Positions 25,401 through 33,810 of a stretch of DNA of 64,000 nt are shown in pieces (the first letter of the stretch is position 1; each line of letters starts with the position of its first letter). The notes below the pieces were generated by a model that ran no database searches, was not told where the DNA came from, and saw only the letters and a program-made list of their open reading frames with translations. The DNA comes from a virus. The translations under genes and the position numbers were made by a program. The stretch covers positions 72,022 to 136,021 of IMG/VR virus record IMGVR_UViG_3300027741_000027; one strand, given 5' to 3'.

Positions 25401-27002
25401 CTAAAAGTTGATGAACGCGATCTTCGTGAGAATATGATGACTACATATAGAGAAATGCAGGCCGATAATGCCATAGATACAATCGATGGTACCGTGCCTG
25501 AAGAGAACATGAAGGACTTTCTTAATAGATTAACTAAAAAGTTTGAGATTAATCTCAATGATATGTCAGTGGCGCAAGTTTCAGACGCTGTACATAGGCA
25601 TAAAAGATACCTTTATGAATTACAAACTATTGAAGGCCTTAAGAAACAATTTGCTGATAAATTAAACGACCCAGAAAGCGTTGTTTATAGAGTCCAAGAT
25701 CCATTCTTTAAAGGTTGGACCGTTCATCAATTAAAATCCATGGAAGACGCCGGACTTGAAAGTGAAGTATTAGGTCATTGCATTGGCAGCGATGAACAAA
25801 AGTATGCACAGGGCATTGAAAATGATGTTATTGCTGCTTATTCTTTAAGAGATGAAAACGGCATTCCTAAGTTTACATGGCATTATAACCCTGATGGATC
25901 ATTTGCTCACGCTCAGGGTAAGTCTAAAGACTCCTACGCTAGATTTAGAGATATTGTAACAGAATTTAATGAGGCAATGGGACTTGATGATGCAAATGGT
26001 GGCGAAGGCTCGGAAGATAATTCTTGGTTCCAAGATTTTGAAGACGAAACATTACACACACTTCAAATGCCAGACCCAGAATCAATAGAAGAATATATGG
26101 CGCAAATAGACCATCTTGAAGAGGCGGCTGAGGAGTATGCAGATCAACTTGGGGAAACATTAGCAGACGATTGCGATATTGAACGCGGAGACCCAGAATG
26201 GAATCTTATTGCAGACGAATTTTTTGAAGAGTCGCATATAAATGTTGGAACGTATCAACTTATTAATGCTTTGATGAGTGAATTTGCGCCACCTTATCAT
26301 TTGCGAGATTTTGTCACGGCAGCAAATAAAATATTTGATAGAAACAAAGAAGGATTTATCAGAGATGGGGAATTGATGGGACTTGAAGAAAGATCAGATG
26401 ATGATTTCTTTGACACCTATCCAATATGTAGATTTTATGATACATGGCGCAGAATGCACACCAATCCAAAAACAAATAAGGTGGAAAAACCAATTACTCT
26501 TTGGCGAGAAGAAGCATACATGCAAAGATTTAAACCAGATGAAGCGCCAGAAATTTCATATCAAGAATTACCATACAACAGAATTGGCATTCACGATGAA
26601 GATATCGCTCCGGACATGCCAAATTATTGGGATGCAAGCGGCGGCGTAAGAATGATGCCTGCAAGTATGAACCCTCAATACGCGCCTAACGCTGTAACAT
26701 GCGCAAAATGCAATGGTCGTGGTTATATAGGTTCATTAAATTGTGATAAGTGTAATACCAGAGGTTGGTACATTGAAGAAAACCCAGTCGAAAGAGAGCC
26801 GGGTGCAGAATGTCAAAATTGTGGTGGCTCAGGCAGAATTCAAATTACTGATGACCGTGGTGTTGTAACGGAAAACTGCGCAAATTGTAATGGTACAGGA
26901 AAAACAGCATCTTTAACAATAAAAGAAAAGGCTGCCGCTTGGGACCAGCCACTAACTAAATTAACCTATGCACAGGCTAAATATATAAATGGAAAACTTT
27001 AA
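19488..27002 (+). CDS. Giant polyvalent protein: three PcfJ-like modules with DnaJ-type Zn fingers plus a papain-like domain
   Basis: 2504 aa; three repeats of GW.V..L...E...G.C...Y...LRD..G; six CxxC..CxxC fingers mostly of CxxCxGxG type; GECAAFA...WHF...LDGDG. Confidence 0.85.
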   Translation: MWDFSFQKESTDNHDWTPGRLGAGYIHARTNTPDSFNLLDYSIRTWSVGPDYTDDIDREYQRIRATDLVVFKFYITPTGGIHDRGEGFKNRTGKSDRSVIAFLHRKDNRFYDGRNDIKTSATEDSALHFNHYTGEPCYCGFGQTHGLEKEANLKYKDIKRGELPESYYMNLEGENGRVFRDYVVALAEGGEVVGAGGNTETIEAIPGIKKVIPWIVGQMKKGTLNFESGRRSTRPGFERVVSERNFEFWSPGRLENIADLFNAEGSPYQNKLVECPECKGKGEKWNTEVEAHVMCDRCMAHKTAPSNQKENLMELPPDEIETRAKRHRNWVREREAEAMRKADVKNQERVYEFTDPDHKGWFVTRLNPDAGEAKRVGIEQGNCFQQEAQGYQRSVAEGDLTVYVLRDPKGLGHALWAYDRDGKIAVMEDSSKLYNKRGKGWVGYEVNNQWIRNMINEASDALGMQKRYHKDNYDVQLPDVLTVDQFLIQFSNDDSDAYKQLVAKSADEQDIDADMVSEVIKGRVDWRSIVGDLFNGPTTGNLSDEQIPFNDFIKIMDGDDRLIFALDQFVQEADRRISDPEVEANQRNQDHVNDYKEWKKIHTHPYTGEYTHPETWANTAWHKNDYEEFRENFSDSPWAFSLPDWDTFISEWGGKLPASLNPAYRKGKPVIETSACKKCGGSGRLITPNGYVTCDKCWGDGDERNKVVFPDPESDAAKCQSCAGSGVDQSKVQHLKQQVEQLKADGVHDRLIVEFERTLGRKDLQNTDLRCGACNGTGKNKPAAKLMEEGSGQLKFGKKKQDNYIVHFDSITGKPCTCGFGAYRNTNEDGERFFKEASGYKFKEITKSPPSFLQNEEGQALIEYLTSLIKGVGENPQPILEGAKTLVPWIVKQFKEGNLTYNPNEDRSYYTGIERVYPGGNTPIDFDELEFIVNYVNASEGPYRQNVDWMSFDFIDLIRQGMRHHEWVKEKEKDAKFLANQNTVYTFDDSNLEWVGWTVAKLEDENEVEQEGIRQGNCIKDEESGYLEAFDKGYLDLYVLRDTFGGSHAIWGYNTDDGSVAFMEDSSKRYAEERRRTDFPYYKVNVPFIREMISTANQALGLDDDYDNGSYNYNRGETGEDCYDRNREHWRPEREEEEEEEEEEKEALEIQLSDVTSFAEYEAQYGEDNNCWELAAREAQDEGLIIGDDTQIYPGSIHWDDIAYEYFNTPRDFQTNLDLLNKWAAVFHNQFQIGDFYEECQRYLETADLDEEDDAEIQAYQEWVKLHTNPLTGKFQDPRGISPSNLDRLRRQEEENVWGFSVPSDEDLASFNGILPAGLNPQNRRGEPLHTKIQCLSCGGAGGDPNTGATCRACNGTGMMQARATMPDWETRLKNRGENGGIPNPAAMIHEEPSGQLFMAKKKWDMTPLSFTDQLKLHLSTIEAKVSHDLSWVAGGRGRGLMLNSGKLITWPVNKKGEPQHPDMYEYLTGHKLPETHSVHDFTEGIPFDINEDGSVNWFSKDTSPDLIADISKIDYRLKTSAIDPCWRTGECAAFALAAHDLTGWPIFKIDERPNGGAWHFMVQTPNGDFLDGDGIRRGEEILAEHSEAAEELAKTHDIYPSSREEVVAYGSNVIEKAKEATPIIQNMLKSSKTYEGFDVHFHPYTGEPCTCAYGQSPNNRRTASQAVRKVKNQDQKHMRSEKGQAILDYLHKLISGHGLSEQGEFGRGPAPGLEGMVPWIVKQIKTEDIKPFTYDDGEVYGLGRFSTMEFSSVQQAKMALAGKHESLISVQQNYESDYWKTRLESFGYQVDDTYGAVDNPDIDAVVINCDIVGPNDLIDLLKKIPEGTPTWIGGSDAILEQIGATEDAEEYLKDLLKRNKINSRKIYITTTMYRAVQAIDDTVREENPDLSNFELPDKYYAKIKPEDWANWFNASNAPARRSRTEKEVRAAFNRSEKYIQYRIERGNKTINGDINSPMYNDDLLGLMADQLKVDERDLRENMMTTYREMQADNAIDTIDGTVPEENMKDFLNRLTKKFEINLNDMSVAQVSDAVHRHKRYLYELQTIEGLKKQFADKLNDPESVVYRVQDPFFKGWTVHQLKSMEDAGLESEVLGHCIGSDEQKYAQGIENDVIAAYSLRDENGIPKFTWHYNPDGSFAHAQGKSKDSYARFRDIVTEFNEAMGLDDANGGEGSEDNSWFQDFEDETLHTLQMPDPESIEEYMAQIDHLEEAAEEYADQLGETLADDCDIERGDPEWNLIADEFFEESHINVGTYQLINALMSEFAPPYHLRDFVTAANKIFDRNKEGFIRDGELMGLEERSDDDFFDTYPICRFYDTWRRMHTNPKTNKVEKPITLWREEAYMQRFKPDEAPEISYQELPYNRIGIHDEDIAPDMPNYWDASGGVRMMPASMNPQYAPNAVTCAKCNGRGYIGSLNCDKCNTRGWYIEENPVEREPGAECQNCGGSGRIQITDDRGVVTENCANCNGTGKTASLTIKEKAAAWDQPLTKLTYAQAKYINGKL

Positions 27003-27131
27003 ACTATCAGAGGTTTTGTTTTGGGGATCATTACCCTTTAGGGTTTTGTTCTCTGTAATTAGGGACGAATACGAATTTTGGACTGTAGTCAAGGGTTATA
27101 CTCTTGACAAGCCTTTAAAGAACTCTAAGTT

Positions 27132-28631
27132 CTAAGTTCCAAACGGTCTTGGTTTCGTATCAGGATCGCGGCGCTCTGTTCCCTCATCAGGTTTATTTTT
27201 TGTTTTTGGTGGAGCAATATCAGTCATATCTAAAAAACATCTGACATGCGTAGGTGTTTTTGGACCACCTGACAATGGGAAGATTGCTTCAACGTATGCA
27301 AGTGCAGGATTTGCGTTACGTTCTTGAACATAAACCTCGCCAACTGATCCCGCTGGCACCTCTACAAACTTACCTACGCCGATAGCATTACTTGGCCCTT
27401 CAGTTTCACCAATAACAGATTTAGCTAGTGTAATTGTGTCACCGCTTTTATAATTATACCAACCGGGTGTGGCAGCCATCCTATGACCATTATAAGTATT
27501 TGACCAAATGCTACCAAATGGATTTCTTTCACTTGGTTGGCGAGCATGAGGAACAGACACAGTACCGGGAGGCGATGCTTGACCGTAAGGTGATTCACCG
27601 GGCCTAGTATACTGCTGCTGTTGACGTTGCTGCTCTTTAAGTTGTTCTAATGGCGGAGTTTGTATCTTTTTCCGTGGCTCAAATCCTAAGAATCTTTCTT
27701 CTTCTGGAGTTAATTGAGTCTCAGGACGATCATATTGTTGAGGCGCAAGTGGGCCAAGCCTTTGCTCAAGCAGTTCATCAGGAGACACAGCACCAACATC
27801 TTCTGGTTTAAATGGTGTAAGCTGTCGAATACCACGCGCACCCTCAGGAACAGAGGGAACGATACCACCGGGTGTGCCACCGGGTCCAACTTGGCCGGGT
27901 GGTAGAGCAAATGGGCTAGGCTCACCAACAGGGCCAACTGGTGCCTGTGGTGGAAGCTCAGTAACCATTGCCTCTTCAACCTGTTGCACTGGTAGCATCT
28001 TAGATAAAAAGTAAAGTGCTAGAACGTGAGAGCATGGGCGACCTTCATAAATCTTCCATTGACGAGTACGTTGCCAAGCAAACTGCTGCCACTTGCATTC
28101 ACAATGCCATCCTGTAATGACGGGCGAAGCAGGGTCTTGGCGCATGATGGTTGATTCATAAGTTCCATGATCGCCAATAACAGTACCAACAACATGATCT
28201 TGGTCATTAATTATAACTGTTACATGGCCTGTATTGACTAGTCGCTTTGCTTTCTCAACAAGGTCGTTCCAGTTATCTTGGCGCTCAATAACGCGCTCGC
28301 GCTGTCTAGCATTAAGTCCTTCATCTTCATCAGCAAAACCTCTGCTTGGTTGCTCTTGCTCAGTTCTTTCTTTATCAAGAATTTCAGCAGGGTCGCCTTC
28401 AGCAAAGTGAAAGGTTGCCCGCTTGTATCCAAAACCCTCTAGTTGGGCAGCTACAATCTTTTCAGCAAGGATCTTATCAAGGGTGCTTCCCTCTTTAGCC
28501 ATGACTACAGCATCGCCGGGTTTACCCTCCCACCATTCAACAATTGAATTGCCGATCTTCTGAGTGCGAGCAGGTAGGGGTTTAACAGAGGCAATAACTT
28601 CGCGGATGTATGAAACGTCTTTATTCATCAC
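27132..28631 (-). CDS. SWIM Zn-finger protein with Pro/Gln-rich linker and C-terminal SH3-like domain
   Basis: WHCECKW...PCSHVLAL (CxC...CxH). Confidence 0.75.
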   Translation of the reverse strand: MMNKDVSYIREVIASVKPLPARTQKIGNSIVEWWEGKPGDAVVMAKEGSTLDKILAEKIVAAQLEGFGYKRATFHFAEGDPAEILDKERTEQEQPSRGFADEDEGLNARQRERVIERQDNWNDLVEKAKRLVNTGHVTVIINDQDHVVGTVIGDHGTYESTIMRQDPASPVITGWHCECKWQQFAWQRTRQWKIYEGRPCSHVLALYFLSKMLPVQQVEEAMVTELPPQAPVGPVGEPSPFALPPGQVGPGGTPGGIVPSVPEGARGIRQLTPFKPEDVGAVSPDELLEQRLGPLAPQQYDRPETQLTPEEERFLGFEPRKKIQTPPLEQLKEQQRQQQQYTRPGESPYGQASPPGTVSVPHARQPSERNPFGSIWSNTYNGHRMAATPGWYNYKSGDTITLAKSVIGETEGPSNAIGVGKFVEVPAGSVGEVYVQERNANPALAYVEAIFPLSGGPKTPTHVRCFLDMTDIAPPKTKNKPDEGTERRDPDTKPRPFGT

Positions 28632-29209
28632 TGATTAACTGTTCGTTTCCTGTAGTAAGTCAAGCCCTTGCTTTTAAGCAGGCTACGATCCCTTGTAATT
28701 GTTTTATTTAGCAAACGTGCAATATTCCTCGGTTTATAATTAATAACCTCTACAGACACGTTTACGTTGCCCCAACGAGTTGGTTCGTTTCTTGAGTAAT
28801 CGTGGTTGTGAATATGACCATGCACATGAATCTTTAGCTCATCCTCGGACTTAAACAGCTTAGGATAATGGTCAAAGCTAATCTCATACTGCCTGTATTC
28901 CATTTTAAATGGTTTAACAACTTCAAAGCCTAGCTTGTCGTAATCATATTTACGTTTATCATGATTGCCAAGAATAATATATTTTTTGCCAGTGAGTTTT
29001 GGAGCGACCTCTGACTTGAAATAATGAAAGTATTCATCGCCTCCCATCATCAGATCGCCCAAGTGAAGAATTACATCGTTCTCTTTTACCTTTTTGCGCC
29101 AATGAGCAATCATTAGTTCTTCATGATACTTGGGCCTGTCGCAATACTTAACAATGTTTTTATGACCGAAGTGAGTATCGGATATTACATAAAAAGGAAA
29201 TTTAATCAA
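28628..29209 (-). CDS. Calcineurin-like metallophosphoesterase
   Basis: SDTHFGH, HLGD, GNHD, HGHIH motifs. Confidence 0.9.
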   Translation of the reverse strand: MIKFPFYVISDTHFGHKNIVKYCDRPKYHEELMIAHWRKKVKENDVILHLGDLMMGGDEYFHYFKSEVAPKLTGKKYIILGNHDKRKYDYDKLGFEVVKPFKMEYRQYEISFDHYPKLFKSEDELKIHVHGHIHNHDYSRNEPTRWGNVNVSVEVINYKPRNIARLLNKTITRDRSLLKSKGLTYYRKRTVNQ

Positions 29210-31874
29210 TGTTATATTGTTTCATGATGCCATGAATCTGATCAATTAGGCCGCGCTCTTCAATCATCTTATACGAAATGTTAGATGGGGAGAAGTCGCC
29301 CTTGCCCTGTTCCATGTCATTCTTTCTTCTTCTATGAAGTTGATTATAGTATTGAACTGCTTTGAATGGTTCGTAGCGAATAAGTCCCTCCATCTTATCA
29401 GCATTCTCAAGAGCAATCGTATGAACTTCATTCATTTCTTTAATTACATTGCGAGAGCGTTCCTTCTCTGGAGGAACAATCCAAGTGTCAGTTGACAGAT
29501 CATATGCTGACCTAAGACCGGGCTTGTAAAGATCGGTTTTCTCAAAACCCTCTGCAACTACATAGCATTGTAGTGGGTGACCGGTACCCGGAACAGGAAT
29601 GTTATCGCACTCGTCCATCATAATAGCAATCATCTCTGCCCTTGACCACTCAGGAAACTTATCGGCATTAACAAACAGTGAAACATCAAAGTCTGATGCG
29701 GGTGAATACTGATACGTTGTAAGGCTACCTGTAACAATTAGCTCAAGCCAATCTTCCATGTGAGTATAACCATTGTGATCTAATGCTTCAATAATAAAAT
29801 TAGTTACCCAGCTATTGATCTCTGGGCGCAAAACGGGGTTAGGGGCATAAGCGTCATCCCAAACCTTTGGATCAAGCTGATCGCTAACTTCATCAAGGAT
29901 GTTAGCTTTCCTTCTAAACCATTTAAGGAAGCGCTTACCAAATCGACCTAATTGATTATCATAATTTTCAGGATCGCTCCATGGAACAATTTTGTCTGCT
30001 TTTGGACCGAGGGTGCTGTTTTCCCATTGCTCTGTAGCAATTTCGTTCCATACATTGCGTATTTGTTCTCCTTCTGTTTCTCCGGGAACCTCAATGCCTT
30101 CACGCTCTCGCATTTCAATACGCCTTTGCACATCTCTCTCTTGATCTTCCGTTGGAGCAATAGGACCAAATAACTTATTTTGATCAAGATTGGGTTTAGC
30201 TGGATCAGGTTCATTAGGATCAATATAGTTGTGACCCAGAAGCTGATCTGCATAACGAAACTCAGGAACTCTTGCCCATTGCTGAGCTTCTGAAAGGTAG
30301 CTGTTAGGATCGTAATAACGAGCTTCAAACTCTGGATAAAGTTGTTCTTTAATATAATCATTTACTTCAGCTACAAAATCATCGTAATACGATCTGTCTC
30401 GATACATCATGCGGTCAGGAGTAAATTCATCTGCCTTTTTTGCAAGCTCGGGTAATTTATCAATTGAACCAGTTGTTGATCCCCATTGCCTTAAACTTTT
30501 AAATGCATAGTCAATAATTTCTTCCCAATTATCACGACGAATGAATTCTCTATCGTATTTAGTGCAATAGCCTTCGCCATCGGGATCATGCAAGTATCCA
30601 TGTTCTTGATCATCTGGGAAATAATCTTCCCAATTGCGGGTAGGTGTAACTTTTTCATGTTGATATTCAGAGTTGCCGTAATCAATGTTCTCTTCGTCAA
30701 AGTCTTGTGGATTAATCCAAATTTGTAACTCTTGCACGGTTTTTGGCGCTGGAATCCAAATTTCTTGAACGGTGCGCTCATAACCCGGAGGATTATCCAT
30801 GCTAATCAACCAGTCGCCAACCATCTCACGATACTTAGGCACAAGCATTTTATTTTCTTTGCCTTGAATCTGCACAACATTGCCACCATCAGGGGTAACT
30901 CTTGTCAAATGATTAGCGAGAGTCTCATCTGATAACTCATCCCTACTACGACCTTCAAGAAAAGCGCGAACGACTTGCACTAGTGGTTTATACTCAAGGT
31001 TATTGGCTTCGCAAAGGTTAGTTAGAAATTTTCCAAATTCCTCATTGCTAACGCCAGTGTCTTTATAAGCTTTAATTGCCGCCCAATCATGACCAACAAA
31101 ATTAATTAATTTAATGTCTCGTTTAAGTTCTTTAAGAACTGCCTCATTACGTTTGGCTGTTTCTAAAGCATTAGGATCATGCCTGTCGGGTTCGTCAGTA
31201 TATTCGTCATCTTCCCATTGATAATCATATCCTACTTCGACAGGATCAATTTCAATGGTTCCATGAGGTTGATTCTTAGGATCACGCAAAGAATAAATAA
31301 GCGTGTGGCCATTTTGAATTTGACCGCCATATCCGCCAACGCAATGACCCATAGCTTCACCCTCTTGTTTAGCCTCGTTAGCGTTAGTGATTTGTCGAAT
31401 AGTCCAACCGTCATCAAGCTTGGCTACAACGGTGCCACCCTCTGTTTGAGCCTCATCCATCTTTGATGCAAGCTCGGCATCCCATTCTGCCATTTTAGAA
31501 ATAACATCTTCATAAGTAAGTTGCATAATATCCACGCCACGACGAGTGGGTGAATTAGAGGCAAACCAGTCAGCTAAATGAGGAAGAAAAGCAGGATAAG
31601 CATTAAGCTCCTCGGGCTGGATTCGGCCCTTCTTTAATTCTCTCCAAATCCACGGAGCTAAAGGGTCAAGTTTTTCATTACCTTCAACCTTCTTTTCAAG
31701 CCATTGAAATGCCATTTGCCCTTCTTCGCTTTTGAAGAATTTATCTTCGCGTTCACGAAGCCAATCGAGCTTTGCCCCTGCTTCTCTTTGAAGAGGTTGC
31801 GGAGTATATGGATCTTGGAACTTTCCAAATCCACAACGGCATGGTTCGCCGTTTGCGTTAAGATGAGGTTTCAT
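29202..31874 (-). CDS. PcfJ-like module fused to a Pol-beta-fold nucleotidyltransferase
   Basis: DGWTIRQI...EGEAMGHCVGGY...YSLRDPKN.PH.TIE; C-terminal GSLTTYQY...SDFDVSL. Confidence 0.85.
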   Translation of the reverse strand: MKPHLNANGEPCRCGFGKFQDPYTPQPLQREAGAKLDWLREREDKFFKSEEGQMAFQWLEKKVEGNEKLDPLAPWIWRELKKGRIQPEELNAYPAFLPHLADWFASNSPTRRGVDIMQLTYEDVISKMAEWDAELASKMDEAQTEGGTVVAKLDDGWTIRQITNANEAKQEGEAMGHCVGGYGGQIQNGHTLIYSLRDPKNQPHGTIEIDPVEVGYDYQWEDDEYTDEPDRHDPNALETAKRNEAVLKELKRDIKLINFVGHDWAAIKAYKDTGVSNEEFGKFLTNLCEANNLEYKPLVQVVRAFLEGRSRDELSDETLANHLTRVTPDGGNVVQIQGKENKMLVPKYREMVGDWLISMDNPPGYERTVQEIWIPAPKTVQELQIWINPQDFDEENIDYGNSEYQHEKVTPTRNWEDYFPDDQEHGYLHDPDGEGYCTKYDREFIRRDNWEEIIDYAFKSLRQWGSTTGSIDKLPELAKKADEFTPDRMMYRDRSYYDDFVAEVNDYIKEQLYPEFEARYYDPNSYLSEAQQWARVPEFRYADQLLGHNYIDPNEPDPAKPNLDQNKLFGPIAPTEDQERDVQRRIEMREREGIEVPGETEGEQIRNVWNEIATEQWENSTLGPKADKIVPWSDPENYDNQLGRFGKRFLKWFRRKANILDEVSDQLDPKVWDDAYAPNPVLRPEINSWVTNFIIEALDHNGYTHMEDWLELIVTGSLTTYQYSPASDFDVSLFVNADKFPEWSRAEMIAIMMDECDNIPVPGTGHPLQCYVVAEGFEKTDLYKPGLRSAYDLSTDTWIVPPEKERSRNVIKEMNEVHTIALENADKMEGLIRYEPFKAVQYYNQLHRRRKNDMEQGKGDFSPSNISYKMIEERGLIDQIHGIMKQYNID

Positions 31875-33810
31875 TAGCTAACTTAGTTTTCTTTCCTTCA
31901 GCGTCAAGGAGGTTAATCCTCTTAACACTAAACTCTGGGTATTGATAATACCATAATGTCAAAATATGATTTACTGTGTAAGGCATAGTGGTCATGGTTG
32001 TAATGTTTACTGTGCCGCCCGGTTCATACATACCTTCCACAATGCCTGCGGGTGTAAACTTGCCGGGGATATCTGATGTGCGCTGGCCGGGGTGACCGAC
32101 TGTAACCGTGTCTGCTGGGATATCGTAAATAAACGGAATAGGATCTGTAAGAACATCCTTAGGCTCTCTGGCCGCCATATGAACCCATGTCTTGCCATCT
32201 ACATTAACCCAACCACGACGACGAAGCACAGTGGCCTCCCAATCATGCGCAATGTGAGTCTCTAAGTAAGGGTGATGCCTTTTAACCTGATGCTCTAATG
32301 CAGAAAACACTCCACGGTTTCTAACTGCTGAATAGATCATCCTTAGCTTTTCATCCCTGACAGCAGCATAGCCAACGGGTGAGCCATGAAGATACGCTAC
32401 ATAAAACATATCGTCATCAGTGTAGCCAAACGCTCTAGTATATTTATCAAATGGGCCGTCAACCCTTGCAGCTTCTGTCATGCCATAGACTGGCATCGTA
32501 GTTGGCTGCTGCTCAGTGAAGTGTGGTGGGTTAGTTTGATCCATGTCAAGCTCTGGAAATTTACCATCCTCAAGAACCTCGCCATCATCGCCATGCTCTT
32601 CCCTGCGATGCTCGCTAAACAAATGCCAATCGGGAAAAATCTCATCGCAGATAGGACACTTATGAACACCAAGCTCAGTCTCTGAATTGATTGGCGTATC
32701 GTCCTCTGCTTCGCCCTCTACAGGATTCATTGGTGGTCTTTTATCACTAGGTATACCAAGATCCTCCTGCTCCATTGTCTCATTGCGCTGAATAAGGTTA
32801 TTTGAAGAACCGTAAAGTCTAATGCCCTGATCGCCTGCCCACTCAAATAACTGGGGTAAGACGGTTGTGTAAGCAGGATTGATACGAGCCTTCTTGCCAA
32901 TGATTTCAATGGTGCCATAAAGGGGTTTACCCTCGGCCTCTAAAGCAAGGACTGCATGAGAGGTTTTACCCATGTATAAATGATTATTAGCCCAAACGTA
33001 GTTAAGCACTACAGGGCGCTTGGCTGGCTCTAAGCTCTTGCTTACGACTTGACCATGAATATCCTTAAGACCATTCCACTTCCAACCAACCTGATCAGAG
33101 TAATCTTTAAAGATACGAGCCATTGACTTGAGGTTTACATTAGAGTAAACATCCCATGTTGCTTCATTATTAGATACGGTAACTGAACCGCTAGCCATTG
33201 GGCCAGAATGATCATTGCCGATATTTAAATGACGGGCAAGATCATCATGGTTAAACGTATCTTCTGGAGAGATTTCTAATGATCCATTAGCATAAAAGAA
33301 GTTGTATGTACGAACGGGATCATCAGAACCATCAATGGCTGGTTCATCATGCCAATACTGCTGATCGTTGTCGCTTTGCCTCTGTGGTTCTTCACCGGGG
33401 AACGCATCGCTTGTCAAGCTGTCGTTAGAGACCTTTAAAGCGGTCTCTAAGTTATTAAAAATAAGATTAGCTCTCTTACTAAAGATCTGAGTTCTTTTAT
33501 TTAAAACGGGCTTATATGGCTTGTAACCATCATTGCTGGCATAAACAGGATTCCCTGAATGATTGCCAGTGATATCAAGAATATATGACTCATCTGGACT
33601 AAGCCAAGCAAAGTGTCCATTACGTTTACCAATAAAGCCGCCAAGCCTCTGTTGAAGCCAAGCGGCAGTAACATAACATTGGCCGCCGCCCACTGACGCA
33701 TTCTTAATCCATCGTGGGTAGCGAGTATCATCCGCCCAAGCCTGCGCAGCCGCAACCTTAAAGGCATCAATCTCACCCGGCGTAATTAATTTTGGATTCC
33801 AGTCCATCAC
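31858..33810 (-). CDS. Multidomain protein: papain/transglutaminase-like, C2H2 Zn finger, GNAT-like
   Basis: GQCYVTA...GHFAW...ILDIT; CPICDEIF...H...H; YVAYLHGSPVGYA...RNRGVFSAL. Confidence 0.75.
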   Translation of the reverse strand: MMDWNPKLITPGEIDAFKVAAAQAWADDTRYPRWIKNASVGGGQCYVTAAWLQQRLGGFIGKRNGHFAWLSPDESYILDITGNHSGNPVYASNDGYKPYKPVLNKRTQIFSKRANLIFNNLETALKVSNDSLTSDAFPGEEPQRQSDNDQQYWHDEPAIDGSDDPVRTYNFFYANGSLEISPEDTFNHDDLARHLNIGNDHSGPMASGSVTVSNNEATWDVYSNVNLKSMARIFKDYSDQVGWKWNGLKDIHGQVVSKSLEPAKRPVVLNYVWANNHLYMGKTSHAVLALEAEGKPLYGTIEIIGKKARINPAYTTVLPQLFEWAGDQGIRLYGSSNNLIQRNETMEQEDLGIPSDKRPPMNPVEGEAEDDTPINSETELGVHKCPICDEIFPDWHLFSEHRREEHGDDGEVLEDGKFPELDMDQTNPPHFTEQQPTTMPVYGMTEAARVDGPFDKYTRAFGYTDDDMFYVAYLHGSPVGYAAVRDEKLRMIYSAVRNRGVFSALEHQVKRHHPYLETHIAHDWEATVLRRRGWVNVDGKTWVHMAAREPKDVLTDPIPFIYDIPADTVTVGHPGQRTSDIPGKFTPAGIVEGMYEPGGTVNITTMTTMPYTVNHILTLWYYQYPEFSVKRINLLDAEGKKTKLANETSS

